A stretch of 64,000 nucleotides of DNA, from the NCBI RefSeq assembly GCF_009914755.1, contig NC_060947.1. One strand, written 5' to 3'. Below are positions 11,560 through 23,759 of this stretch, piece after piece. The notes under the pieces are model-generated. The model saw only the letters and a list, made by a program, of their open reading frames with translations, did no database searches and was not told where the DNA came from. Origin of the DNA: the human T2T-CHM13v2.0 reference genome, Homo sapiens. Each line of letters starts with the position of its first letter. Positions within the stretch are counted from its first letter, which is position 1. Both the position numbers and the translations under genes were made by a program.

Positions 11560-13118
11560 ACCATCACCAGATAGTTCTCAAATAGGTACACAAGTTACCC
11601 TTAAACATATAAAAAGGTGGTCAACTTACTCATATTAAGATAAATGCAAATTAAAGCTACACTGAGACTTCTGGTTCCAGGAAAAAAATAGGATTTTTTG
11701 CACACTTCCAGTAATGGGGGGGACATGGCATTTCTCCCTAAGTACAGCTGAAAACCCTGGACACTATATATAAAACAAACATGAGAAGATTTTGAACATC
11801 AGAGAGAAGGAGGCATTCCAGGACCTGGGCATGACATGACAGTGAGTTTCCTGCTTTTTTTTCCCCCCCCCTCATATATTCCACCGAGAGTGAAGAACCT
11901 GGCAATGTGGAAAGGCCAATAGGTACAGGAAAAAAGGAAATTTCCACAAAAGTCTACTTTCTTCAGCCAAAGGACCCGGAAAGGAGCAGCCACATTGAGA
12001 CAAAACTATCGAACAACAGTCACTCAATTTTAGTCAAACATCACAGAAATAACTATGGCCTCAGCCCCATTCCAGCCAACAAAGACTGAGTGGGGAGCCT
12101 AGACTTCCATCCTCATCACACTGAAACCAAGCACCACAAGAGTGGTGTCGCAGAAGGCCAAGTGATGAGCTGGGATTTTCAACTCCCTCTCCCCAGCAGT
12201 AAAGAGGCTGCCATCATGCTGTGTCACCAGAGGGCACATGGAGCCCATTGGTAACAAGAAGCCCCATCCCTCTTGCTACAGTGGTGTCAGAGGACACTTA
12301 GTGGAATCTATATTTTCACCATCATCCATTGGTGACAAAGCTACCCCCAATGGTGTCAGGGGAGACCATACAGGGAAGCAGAATTTCTACCTCTGAACAG
12401 CAGTAATAAGGTGTCCTTCCCACTCCCTGCTTGAGTGGTATTATTGAAGGTATCTCCTGCTGGCAGAAATCAACCCTGCCCCCCTATGCAGTATCAGTGG
12501 AGGCCCTGTGAAGGGTAGTAATGAGGTGTCTTTCCCCATCTGGACCAGGGATGTATCAGTGGAAGCCTGGTGGGGAGTCCGAATGAATTTCTACCTCCGT
12601 CCAGCAGTAATAAGAATCCCTGAGTGTCAACAGAGGCCCAGTGGAGAACCTAGAATTCCATCCTCAACTAGCAGCAATGAAGCAGCACTCCTGTTCTCAG
12701 TCAAGCTGGAACTCTATTAAATACGTTTGTTGGTGGTAATGGTATTTATAGGGGTGACAGCTCCAAAACTACTTTTTGTGTATTATGGAAATGAGCAAAG
12801 AATAAATTCGTTAATGTTGTTGGAAACTAAAGTTCTCACTCTGGAAAAAAAGTTATATAAATATAAAATAGAGGAAGACAGAACGCTGAATTAAAACTAA
12901 AAGTATCATTATCAAGTTACAATTTAAAATTTGGGGTGGGTACGTGTGTGTGCGTGTGTGTATATATATATTTCTATCTCTGTCCATTGAAAGAAGCTAG
13001 AAACATGGATACCCTATTGACAATGAGCTCACCTAGCGACCAAATATTGGTTTAAACTCCCCACTCAAAAGAGCCAGAGCTTCTTGGAAAAGTGGCTGAT
13101 TCCAGGCTAGGGCAGAGT
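11560..13118 (+). mobile_element. Mosaic of ancient L1M fragments (ORF2 end, L1MC-type 5' UTR with tandem units, L1MC4/5-type 3' UTR)
   Basis: AAATGCAAATTAAAGCTACACTGAGA; CTAAGTACAGCTGAAAACCCTGGACACTATATATAAAACAAAC; CCAGAGCTTCTTGGAAAAGTGGCTGATTCCAGG. Confidence 0.7.
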
Positions 13119-15129
13119 AGGGGATCCCTGTTGAGGCAGCCACCCCATCGTAGTCAGTTGTCTGTTGGCATCTTCTGTGATAACAGCTGACTGGACTACA
13201 GGACAGTGGACCAAAAGGCCAAAGGAAAACCAATCATTTGGGGCCTGAGCCTGATCGTGATCGGGGCATCCCAAGAAGCCTCTCAATCAGGACTGCCTTG
13301 CTATGCTCCCTCAGTATTAAGTTCTCTTGAAGACTTTGGCCTGCCTCAACAGTGCCACAGGAATTAATAGAAAATGTTTGCATCCTCACCTGGGCTGAAT
13401 GTTCAGCAAGGACTGGACATAGTATTAGGGACAGCCAAAGCCAGAGCAGCCCCAGAAGGACTATGGTTCCCCAGTGTTCCCTCAGTGTCTCTTGAAGTTC
13501 TTTTTGGCTTCTCTTTTGGGAAACTCAGATGGTTCTTACAACAGAAAACATGGTCTCCAACAAGCTTGGGTGAGGCCTAATAGGGTTTGATCATTTTGGT
13601 TACCTCCTTTGGTTTTTGGCAACTTTATGTTGGGAAGTGGTTCTCACTCCTTCATGCAGTGGGAGGCTAGAATGGCCGTCAATCTGGGAGGGAAGCTTTC
13701 TCAGTATCTTGTATGATGTGTGCCAGGAGGAGGTGCCCACAGCTGCTCTGCTGGCACTGAGATGGGTCAGGGTGTGGACTCTGACCTCAGTAGTGGCTGG
13801 CCTTCTCAGTTGGGCAGTCCTTCCTTCAGCTGTCTATTTTTTAAGGAGCACTTATTTTGTACCAGCTCAAAAAATACTGAGAAGCTATTTTGTTCTGGGA
13901 ACTAGAGGTCCAAAGATAAAGAAGTTGTGCCTTGTTCTTAAGGATCCCAGTCTTTGGCCATAGAGAGATAACTAAACTAACGAGTACAACATGGTGTGGA
14001 ACATTCTGCAATTGAGGTAAGATCAAAATGCACAGTAACACTCAGGACCACCTTTCACCTCTTAGATTGGTAAAACTGCCTAGAGGAGACAGATACAAAG
14101 CAAATAATACCACCAAGCCTTGCATAATTACAAACCATGAGAAATGCTATGACAGGATGCTATTCTAGAGGGGAAAAAGCTGAGTTCAGTTTGGACATGT
14201 TGAGTCTGAGGGACCTGTGAGCTGGTACCTGCACTTTGTATTACAGAAGAGATGTAAGTAGAAATCTAGTCCAATGAATAAGGAGGCTTGATCTTGTACC
14301 TCTTAACCCTCTTCTCACTGGCAAGGTAAGTAACAGAACCAAGAGTTGCAAAGGATACAAAGTGCCCTTGGGCAACTGTGAATTAATTTAATAAATTTTA
14401 TGCCTGATAAATTCAGGGCTATACTTGGGCTGGTAAATGACAGGGTCCTACAGATTCTCTAAGTGAAATACAGACTGCTGGAATTCCAAGGGTCTTAGAG
14501 ATTGCCTACTAAAAATTCTTCACTTTACAGATAAGAAACCCTCAACCCAGAGAGCAGATCTGCTCAAGTTAATATGGCTGGTTTTTGAGATGCTACACAC
14601 TTAGGTTTTCTTTAGTGACTTTTTGACCTTGGGCAAGCTCTTTAAGCCCCTTGTGCTTCAGTTTCCTCATGGTTAAATGAGGAATAGTGATAGCATCTAC
14701 TCCATAGGCATGTTGTGCTACTTCTTTGGTGGCACTGGAGTCTGTGTCCTCTAGCTGGAGTCTTCCTTCAAAGGGTCAGCCAACCTAGTGAGTACTCTTG
14801 CAGGCAGAAGATGACTGGACCCTGTGTTTGCCCAGAGGCAGTTTTAGTATTAGGGCTTCCTGCACAGAGATCTGACATGTGGGGGAAATGCCTAGACTGC
14901 CATATCCATTGGATTACAAGTTGAATTGATAACAACTATAGTCATAACCATTCGCACTGAGCATCAACCACGTGCTGGGCACTGTGTTAGAGACTTTATT
15001 CATTGCATGGCTAACCATAAAACCAGTCTCACAAAGTAAATAGGATCATTCCTATTTTACAGAAGAAAGTGAAGCAAGTGAGAAACTAAATAAATATTCC
15101 AAGAAATATGACAAGTGACTATCCTTCAT

Positions 15130-15905
15130 ATATAAAAACTCTCATAAGTCAGAAAGTGGAAAACAACACAAATGAGGCAAAAGACAAAAATAGACAATGA
15201 TAACATATGCACCATATATATTTAATAAACTTTAAAATGCCAACATGATTGGCAATCAAAGAAATGCAGATGAAAATAAGACAACATTATTTGCCCATCA
15301 AATTAGCAAAAATTTTAAACATGAAAATACATAAAATTGGCAAAGCAAATGGGATATGACTATTTATACACTTATGTTAAATTACCAACTGGTAAGACTT
15401 TTCTGAAAGGCAATTTGGCAAATTATATGAAAATCTTGGAAAATCTATATTGTTTGACTCAATATTTCTATTTACAAAAATGTATCCTACAGGGATAATT
15501 AGAAAAATGCATCCATTTGTGAATGAGAGCATTTGACACTATTATTAAAAGTCTAATTAGTCAACTAAACTCTGGCATATTTACGTGATAGAGTACAACT
15601 CGGCATTAAATTATGTTTTTAAAAGTATATTGTTCATAATATAATTAATAAGCAAAATAAAACAGGATACAAAATATCCAGCATGACCTCAATCTTATGT
15701 TTGTACAGACATATACACTTAATACATTCATGCATATGTCTATATGTTCATAGAAAAATTCTGAAATAACTCACAAAAATATTTTAACAGAAGGATCTCA
15801 GGGAGGTAGGAATATTGGCGATTTTAAAATTTTCTTTTCTGCATTTTCCAATTTTGTTCAGTAACTTTACAATCAGAAAATGCATATATTTACCAAAAGA
15901 AAACT
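15130..15905 (+). mobile_element. Ancient L1ME-type 3' fragment
   Basis: GGCAATCAAAGAAATGCAGATGAAAATAAGA...TTTCTGAAAGGCAATTTGGCAA; A-rich. Confidence 0.75.
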
Positions 15906-16049
15906 GTAAGTTATTCTAAATGAGTTTGTACCTCCTGGCCTGGGTAAATTCTGCCCCAAGGCTCATCATAATGACAGAATAATTAAAGTCTAGCAATCCT
16001 TGAGAAATTTCTCTTGTAAGAACAGGAATGATATTGGGACACTAGAAAA

Positions 16050-16890
16050 GACAACATTCTATCCCAATTTTACAATATGAGAAGGTGGCAAATTCTATAA
16101 ATCAGATAGTTTAGTGGATTTATAACCAGTTGAATGACTGCCTGTATGCCTCAAATTCTAATTAACTCAAACATGTTAGAGGCAGGGGGACCTGAGGCCC
16201 ATCTAGTGTAACAATTTCCAACAAACTCTTGGATGCAGACGTTGATGGCCTATAGATCAAATTGACAAATATCACAAAGCTGGGAAGGAAATAAACTATA
16301 TCAAAGAGAATAAGGACACACAGTTATTTAAATGGAAGAGTTGGTGAAAAAATATGAAGTTTAATAAAGATAGTGCAAAGTTCTGCACTTAGGTCCAAAA
16401 AGTCAATGTATTTAGGGGAAGACCTGAATAAATGGCATTCATAAAAATGAATTGTGGGTTTTTAATAAGGACCAGTTGTATCCCAAACAATTGTGAGATG
16501 GGGCTGCCCTGAAGACCAGTGTCTGCTAGGGCTCTCTGAATAGAATATGCGGCTCAGAACAAGTGAGGTGATGAACCAGCCCAACTCTGTCCCAAGGAGA
16601 CCACAGCTGGAGGGACTTAGTCAGTTCTTGGCAACAACATGCTCTCAGAGGGACATTGAATTCTTGAACTTTGATAAGAGTAGGTGACCAGCAAGGCAAG
16701 CTGGCTCATCTGTCACAGGGATTTTTGAACTGGAGATGTTTGATCCAAATAAGAGAAAGATTGAGCTGTGCTCAGGGATTTGGCTTACTCTGGGTGGTTC
16801 CAAGAGCATCTGAATAGGGTTCAGCACAAGGAAAGTCTTTGAATGGGTATCTGCTCCCTGAGGGAGTAACAGCCTGAATGGCCACTCAGG
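16050..16890 (+). mobile_element. CR1/L3 LINE relic
   Basis: ATGAAGTTTAATAAAGATAGTGCAAAGTTCTGCACTTAGG and AGACCACAGCTGGAG...CAGTTCTTGGC are CR1 RT 3' signatures. Confidence 0.75.
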
Positions 16891-16911
16891 TGAACACTAG
16901 TTCACCTATAC

Positions 16912-17711
16912 TGAAACAGGAGAGCTCCCTGAACCCCCTCGCATGACATGCGACAGGTGTGTAGCTTGTCTCTTCGGCCACCACACACTCAAACCCCTTA
17001 CAGTGGGGGAAGCATGCAGACAGGCAGGAGCATGAACCAGGGCAAGTGTTTTTGGGCTCCAGTCCCATGGTAGTGTCTAGGACTGGGTGCCTGTGACTCC
17101 TGGAGCCCCAGTGAGCATGTTACAGTGCTTTTATTTTTAGCTCTGCTGTTTACAGATGGCTTAAGTGTTAACCAGCTCAGCGCCCTCTTGGTATCCAGGT
17201 CCTTGTCTGGCATCCAGGGAGAATCAGGTCACACACAGACTTGAAGGATGGAGAATGCGGAGGTTTTATTGAATGGTGAAAGTGGCTCCTTCATCATTGG
17301 CTTCACCATCCCATTGGCTCCCAACAAGATGGATGGGGAACTGGAAAGGGGATGGAGTGGGAAGATAATCTTCTCCTGGAGTTTGGCCATCCTGCGGCTG
17401 ATCTCCTCTCCAACCATCCCTGACTGAACTCCTCTCAACATCCAGACAGACGCTCCTTCTCTTCTCTCCTTCTCTGCCATGCCACTCTTCTGTTCCTCTG
17501 ATCTTCTGCTCATCTTCTCGTGGAGCCTGGGGTTTGAGGCTTATTTGAGTACAGGATAGAGGGGTGTGGTGAGCCAAAAGGCTACATTTGGGAGCAAATT
17601 CAGGAATGCCCTTTCCCTTTTAGGGCTGCGGGTTTCCAGGCTTAAGGGTGAGGTCTTTGCTGGGGAAACATCCTATTTTAACCAGTATTTCCTTGCCTCC
17701 TGTCCATATCA
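16912..17711 (-). mobile_element. ERV1 solo LTR, LTR1 family
   Basis: TG...CA termini; minus strand starts TGATATGGACAGGAGGCAAGGAAATACTGG; 4-bp TSD ATAC/ATAT with one CpG-type change. Confidence 0.85.
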
Positions 17712-17819
17712 ATATGTCCTCCAAGATTCATTCAGTGAGCCATTTCCCTGATATTCGCCTAAATAAAAGCCCTAGTGTTATGTAGACCTAGAAGTCTAGC
17801 AGTTGCTGGTCTATAATTA

Positions 17820-17899
17820 TTAGGTAGGTGCAAAAGTAATTGCAGTTTTTGCAAATACTTTTAATGGCAAAAACCGCAATTACTTTTGCACCAACCTAA
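17820..17899. mobile_element. MADE1 (Hsmar1 MITE), full-length 80-bp palindrome
   Basis: TTAGGTAGGTGCAAAAGTAATTGCAGTTTTTGC...GCAAAAACCGCAATTACTTTTGCACCAACCTAA, flanked by TA on both sides. Confidence 0.96.
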
Positions 17900-20800
17900 T
17901 ACTAAAATGTAGCTGGAAGGAGTGATCTATTAAAGTGACCCTTGCAAAGCCATGTTTGTGGTTCTTCCTTGGTCCCAAGATGGGGAGACAGGACAAAGTA
18001 TACAACAAATGCTCTCTTAGTTTTCTCCTGTCACGAAAACCAAGCCCCACTTTCCAGGTGATAAGAATGGAGAAACAATTATCTAGTAAGTGGCTTGTCT
18101 CTTCCAGGCTTCTGTTCAGATCCATTCCACATAATTTCTAGAAAATGTTTCACAAATCATAGATGTATCAGGTATGTCACTTGCACAAAATTTTTCATTA
18201 GTTCCTCAGTGTCCGGGGGAATGAGGCAGCCCTCCCTTCTTTTAGCCAAGCATCTGAGGCCTGCCACAGTCTGTTCCTATGCTCACTTTCCCCACACAGC
18301 CTCGGCTCCATTCCAATGAAATGGACTCCTCCTTCCCCTTTCCCAAGCATTCCCAAAACATTCCCACCTGCATACATCTGCTTCTGCTGTGTGTCAACCC
18401 AGAAGGGCTTCTTGCCCTGCCCTCCTCTCCACCAAGCTGATCCTCTGCTTCCCTGAAGGCCTACCCTACACTGCTGTGGCCTATCACCCCCTTTAGGCAA
18501 CTAACCAAGGATACCAGGTGGCATATGCTCTCTCAGGGAGGCTTAAATCCCTCAACTTTGTATCCTGCACCCCAACACAGGCCTTGCTTAATAGATGTCT
18601 GGCAAGGAGGGCACAGCTGTGGCAGTGCAGCCACAGAAATCTGGGAAGGTCATTAAGTAGAATAATATCCCAGAAGGGTGTGTATGCTCTTCTGTTCCCT
18701 ATTATCCTGTCTGCTTGTACCTTTCAGGTCCTTGACAATTTATGGTGCAGCAAAAATCCCATTAGAACAGGCTACATGAATTTGTTCAAATTATGTCATT
18801 GTACTGGAATTTGGGTGTGTTGAAGGCAATTCCAAATAAAAAAAATTACTGTCCAGGACTTAGGCAATTTTCATTTGAGTAGAATTTGCTTTGTCATGTC
18901 ATTAACAGGAAAAAGATCTACTTAGTCTTGACTTTGCCCAGAGAATGAAGTGATAAACACCTGGAGAAAAATTATAATTACAGTTTGTAAAAGCTAAACA
19001 TAGCCCTTCTAGTTTTTAATTAGAGTATATGTTATGTGGCTGAGGGTGACTGATGGATGGAATTTGGTGCCATAGGATCAGAGACCCGGAGCAGCATGGT
19101 CCTGTGTGTAGCCAAAAGCAAGTGACTATTAGATGACATAGCTTGTGATGCTAAGCCCTGACTATATATTTATATTTTCTGTATAAACATGATAGCCTCT
19201 CTTCTGTTACTCTGAGGAATCTTTGATAATTCACATGTGAAATTAAAGGCATCTTATTCATTCAGTTATTTATTATTCTCTGTAAAATGAGTTAGGAATT
19301 TGTCCCCGTGAATAATGTTAGCCATAATAGTTAATTTACTCCTATTCATTGGCAGTAATAAAAATGTACAAGGGGAGGCAGAAACATTATTATTTCTTGC
19401 TTGAAGTGCAATTTCATGTGGTGAGAAAAACATGTTAATATGCTGCAAAGTGCTACAGGAATTTAGTTCTCAAAGGAATGGCGGTATTAAATGTATTCTG
19501 ACAAGAAGGAGCCTCGGAAGGGAAACATTTATCTTCATAAAGTCATTAAATTTACTGAGCAGCATCACATTCTTCCTGCAATCTGCTCACTCCATTAAAG
19601 GCGAAGCCGTGGAACTGGCTCTGTCACATGAGAGGCCCCTGCATTTCTGAACAGAGGAAGAATGGTGCTCTTTCTCCTAATATTGGGTTTCCCCGTCAAA
19701 ACCAACAAGCTCACGCACAGATCCACACATGGGTGCTCTGCTGCCTCTTTCCAAAACAAACAAATGAGGTACTGACAAGATTCTGCCTTTCTCCACGATC
19801 AGATGATTCTCCGTGTGACTAAGAAAAAAACAGATTTTGCAAAGCCTCCTGTTTCATCGTTCCAGGAGACTCTTGGCTCTGAGGGTGTTTTCCCATCCCA
19901 CTGAGTTGGAGTCCAGGCAGCTTACACAGGTCAGGGTCAGCACGATAGCATGAGTTGTTCTGCAGAGCAGTTTTGTGTGTATGCATTTCAAAATCGAGGT
20001 ATTCTTATTCATACACAATACATCAATCAGTGTTTTTGAAAATCACAGCAAAAGACAGGGCTCTGGTACCTTGGAGTTATACATTTCCCTTGTTCTTTTC
20101 AATAGGTAGGTGTCATTAATGAGCTAAAATCACCAAGAAATGCAAACAGACTTCAGAAGCAAAGTCATGCTGTCAGCTTGGACACATGGCAGGGAATGAA
20201 AACAAATTGAATAGTTTTCAATAAATTATAATATCATTCCCATTCACCTGATACCTTTCTTCCCAACACTTTGCAAACAGCTGTTCTTCTGAGAAAAAGG
20301 ACAAATAACTTGCCTGCATTCATGTTGAGAAAGAATGCTATTTCAAGTGCAGTTGTGGATAATGATTTTAAAATCCCAGCGCAAATGTATCTAGAGAAGA
20401 AAATGTCTCTAACTGAACTAAGAAGCTAAAGGTTCCTCCACACTGTACCACAAACCACAGCTAGGGCTGCCTAAAGACAAATACAGAAGAGTCAAGCCCT
20501 TTGTTTGGTGACATGAAAACCAAACCATTGAAGGGATCTAACTGTAAGCTCCAAGAGGTCAGAGACAATATATTTCTTGATCACTGTTATAGTACAAGCT
20601 CTTAACCCACAGGTGCTCAATATATATTTGTTAACTAAAAGAGTGGATGCATAGATGAATTGCTCAGTTTTGCTCCAGGGGTTTGTAGGGTCAGATGGAT
20701 AAATTCCTAATCTTGTCCTCCAAGCAATATTGGCCTGTCCAAAGGAAACTAGGTTTTATTAGCAAGATGAATTCTGACATGTTTAACCAGGTAGAGAGAA

Positions 20801-21190
20801 TCTGCAGTGACCAATTCCCAGAATTGGGATTCTCCATTCTGAGAGAAGAATAATATTTGTTGTGTCTAGCATGTGCTAAGTACTTGACCTGTGTTTTTAC
20901 TGAATCCTTAGAACAGCCCATTTAACAAATTAGGACTCTTAAAAAGGTTAAGTAATTTGCCTAAGAGGACACAGCTAGTAACTGGTAGAAAACTACCTAC
21001 AACTCATTCATTCATGTGCCAACTATCCAGTACAGGGCTTCCACATGCCAAGCCCTATTCTCAGTGCTGGTTTGACCACAGTGAACAAGAGAACACAGTC
21101 CTTGTCTTCCTGGAGCCAATGATCTAAAACTGGAGACTGTCATTGAACAATTAATATTCCACTTAATCACATGACTATACTGGTGATAAG

Positions 21191-21619
21191 TGTCAGGCCT
21201 CTGAGCCCAAGCCAAGCCATTGCATCCCCTGTGACTTGCACGTATACACCCAGATGGCCTGAAGTAACTGAAGATCCACAAAAGAAGTAAAAATAGCCTT
21301 AACTGATGACATTCCACCATTGTGATTTGTTCCTGCCCCACCCTAACTGATCAATGTACTTTGTAATCTCCCCCACCCTTAAGAAGGTTCTTTGTAATTC
21401 TCCCCACCCTTGAGAATGTACTTTGTGAGATCCACCCCTGCCTGCAAAACATTGCTCTTAACTTCACCGCCTATCCCAAAACCTAAGAACCAATGATAAT
21501 CCATCTCCCTTTGCTGACTCTCTTTTCGGACTCAGCCCGCCTGCACCCAGGTGAAATAAACAGCCATGTTGCTCACACAAAGCCTGTTTGGTGGTCTCTT
21601 CACACTGACGCACATGAAA
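21191..21619 (+). promoter_or_regulatory. LTR7 5' LTR (promoter/enhancer of HERV-H)
   Basis: 429 bp; three CCCCACCCT repeats, AATAAA at 21555-21560, ends CACATGAAA. Confidence 0.93.
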
Positions 21620-21621
21620 TT

Positions 21622-21639
21622 TGGTGCTGTGACTCAGAT
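21622..21639 (+). other. Primer-binding site, tRNA-His
   Basis: TGGTGCTGTGACTCAGAT versus the canonical TGGTGCCGTGACTCGGAT (two CpG transitions). Confidence 0.9.
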
Positions 21640-21762
21640 CAGGGGACCTCCCTTGGGAGATCAATCCCCCATCCTCCTGCTCTTTGCTCCATGAGAAAGA
21701 TCCACCTACGACCTCAGGTCCTCAGACCGACCAGCCCAAGAAACATCTCACCAATTTCAAAT

Positions 21763-21771
21763 CTGGTAAGC
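21763..21771 (+). other. HERV-H major splice donor
   Basis: CTG|GTAAGC about 145 nt after the LTR, at the known leader donor position; GT intact. Confidence 0.7.
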
Positions 21772-22054
21772 AGCCTCTTTTTACTCTCTTCTCCAACCTC
21801 CCTCACTATCCCTCAACCTCTTTGTCCTTTCAATCTTGGCGCCACACTTCAATCTCTCCCTTCTCTTAATTTCAATTCCTTTCATTTTCTGGTAGAGACA
21901 AAGGAGACACATTTTATCTGTGGACCCAAAACTCTGGCGCCGGTCACGGACTGGGAAGGCAGCCTTCCCTTGGTGTTTAATCGTTGCAGGGATGTCTCTC
22001 TGATTATTCACCCATGTTTCAGAGGTGTCAGACCACGCAGGGACACCTGCCTTG

Positions 22055-22345
22055 GTCCTTCACCCTTAGCAGCAAGTCCCACTTTTCTGGGGGAGGGGCA
22101 AGTACCCCAACCCCTTCTCTCCGTGTCTCTACCCCTTCTCTGATTTTCTGGGGCAGGGGCAAGAACCCCTCAACCCCTTCTCCTTCACCCTTAGCGGCAA
22201 GTCCTGCTTTTCTAGGGGAGGGGCAAGTACCTCAACCCCTTCTCTCCATGTCTCTACCCCTTCTCTGCTTTTCTGGGGGAGGGGCAAGTACCCCTCAACC
22301 CCTTCTCCTTCACCCTTAGTGGCAAGTCCCACTTTTCTAGGGGGC
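22055..22345 (+). repeat. 125-bp-period tandem repeat in the HERV-H leader
   Basis: CACCCTTAG recurs at 22061, 22186 and 22311. Confidence 0.9.
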
Positions 22346-22512
22346 AAGAAACCCCAATCCCTTATTTCCGCACCCCGACCTCTTATCTCTGTGCCCCAAC
22401 CCCTTATTTCCATGCCCCGACCCCTTTCCCACTTTTCTGGAGGGTAAGAACCCCCGAACTGCTTCCCTCCGTGTCTCTACTCTTCCTTTTCTTTAAACTT
22501 GCCTCCTTCACT

Positions 22513-23720
22513 ATGGGCAACCTTCCACCCTCCATTCCTCCTTCTTCTCCCTTAGCCTGTGTTCTTAAGAACTTAAAACCTCTTCAACTCACACCTGACC
22601 TAAAACCTAAATGCCTTACTTTCTTCTGCAATGCTGCTTGACCCCAATACAAACTCGACAGTAGTTCCAAATAGCCAGAATACGGCACTTTCAATGTTTC
22701 CACCCTACAAGATCTAAATAATTCTTGTCGTAAAATGGGCAAATGGTCTGAGGTGCCTGACGTCCAGGCATTCTTTTACACATGGGTCCCTTCCTAGTCT
22801 CTGTGCCCAATGCAACTCATCCCAAATCTTCCTTCTTTCCCTCCCACCTGTCCCCTCAGTCCCAACACCAAGCGTCACTGAGTCTTTCTAATCTTCCTTT
22901 TCTATAGACCCATCTGACCTCTCCCCTCCTCGCCAGGCCAAGCTAGGTCCCAATTCTTCCTCAGCCTCTGCTCCTCCACCCTATAATCCTTTTATCACCT
23001 CCCCTCCTCACACCCGGTCCAGTTTACAGTTTCATTCCGTGACTAGCCCTCCCCCACCTGCCCAGCAATTTACTCTTAAAAAGGTGGCTGGAGCTAAAGG
23101 CACAGTCAAGGTTAATGTTCCTTTTCTTTATCAGACCTCTCCCAAATCAGTGAGCGTTTAGGCTCTTTCATCAAATATGAAAAACCCAGCCCAGTTCATG
23201 GCTCGTTCAGCAGCAACCCTGAGACACTTTACAGCCCTAGACCCTAAAAAGTCAAAAGGCCAGCTTATTCTCAATATACATTTTATTACCCAATCTGCTC
23301 CCAACATTAAATAAAACTCCAAAAATTAGAATCTGGCCCTCAAACCCCACAACAGGACTTAATTAACCTCACCTTCAAGGTGTACAATAATAGAAAAAAG
23401 TTGCAATTCCTTGCCTCCACTGAGACAAACCCCAGCCACATCTCCAGCACAAAAGAATTTCCAAATGCCCGAACCACAGCAGCCAGGCGTTCCTCCAGAA
23501 CCTCCTCCCCAAGGAACTTGCTACAAGTGTCAGAAATCTGACCACCAGGCCAAGGAATGCCTGCAGCCCAGGATTCCTCCTAAGCCATGTCCCATCTGTG
23601 TGGGACCCCACTGGAAATTGGACTGTTCAACTCACCTGGCAGCCACTCCCAGAGCCCCTGGAACTCTGGCACAAGGCTCTCTGACTGACTCCTTCTCAGC
23701 TTAGTGGCTGAAGACTGATG
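22513..23720 (+). pseudogene. gag: HERV-H gag remnant
   Basis: ATGGGCAAC start; ORF 23411-23704 has two CCHC knuckles, CYKCQKSDHQAKEC and CPICVGPHWKLDC; multiple stops. Confidence 0.88.
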
Positions 23721-23759
23721 CTGCCCGATTGCCTCGGAAGCCCCGTAGACCATCACGGA

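Noticed and set aside
12085-12715. CRISPR-like repeat-spacer array
   Set aside because: Units are highly degenerate and irregular, embedded in L1-type sequence, with no cas genes and a primate context
16888-16907. Hairpin AGGTGAAC-ACTA-GTTCACCT (similar one at 29630-29647)
   Set aside because: 8-bp stems are expected by chance in 64 kb
17178-17196. CTCF-like motif ACCAAGAGGGCGCTG on the minus strand in LTR1
   Set aside because: The conserved 5' CC positions of the core do not match
21493-22143. 216-aa ORF spanning LTR7 and the leader
   Set aside because: A frame through C/T-rich non-coding HERV-H leader, with no recognisable domain
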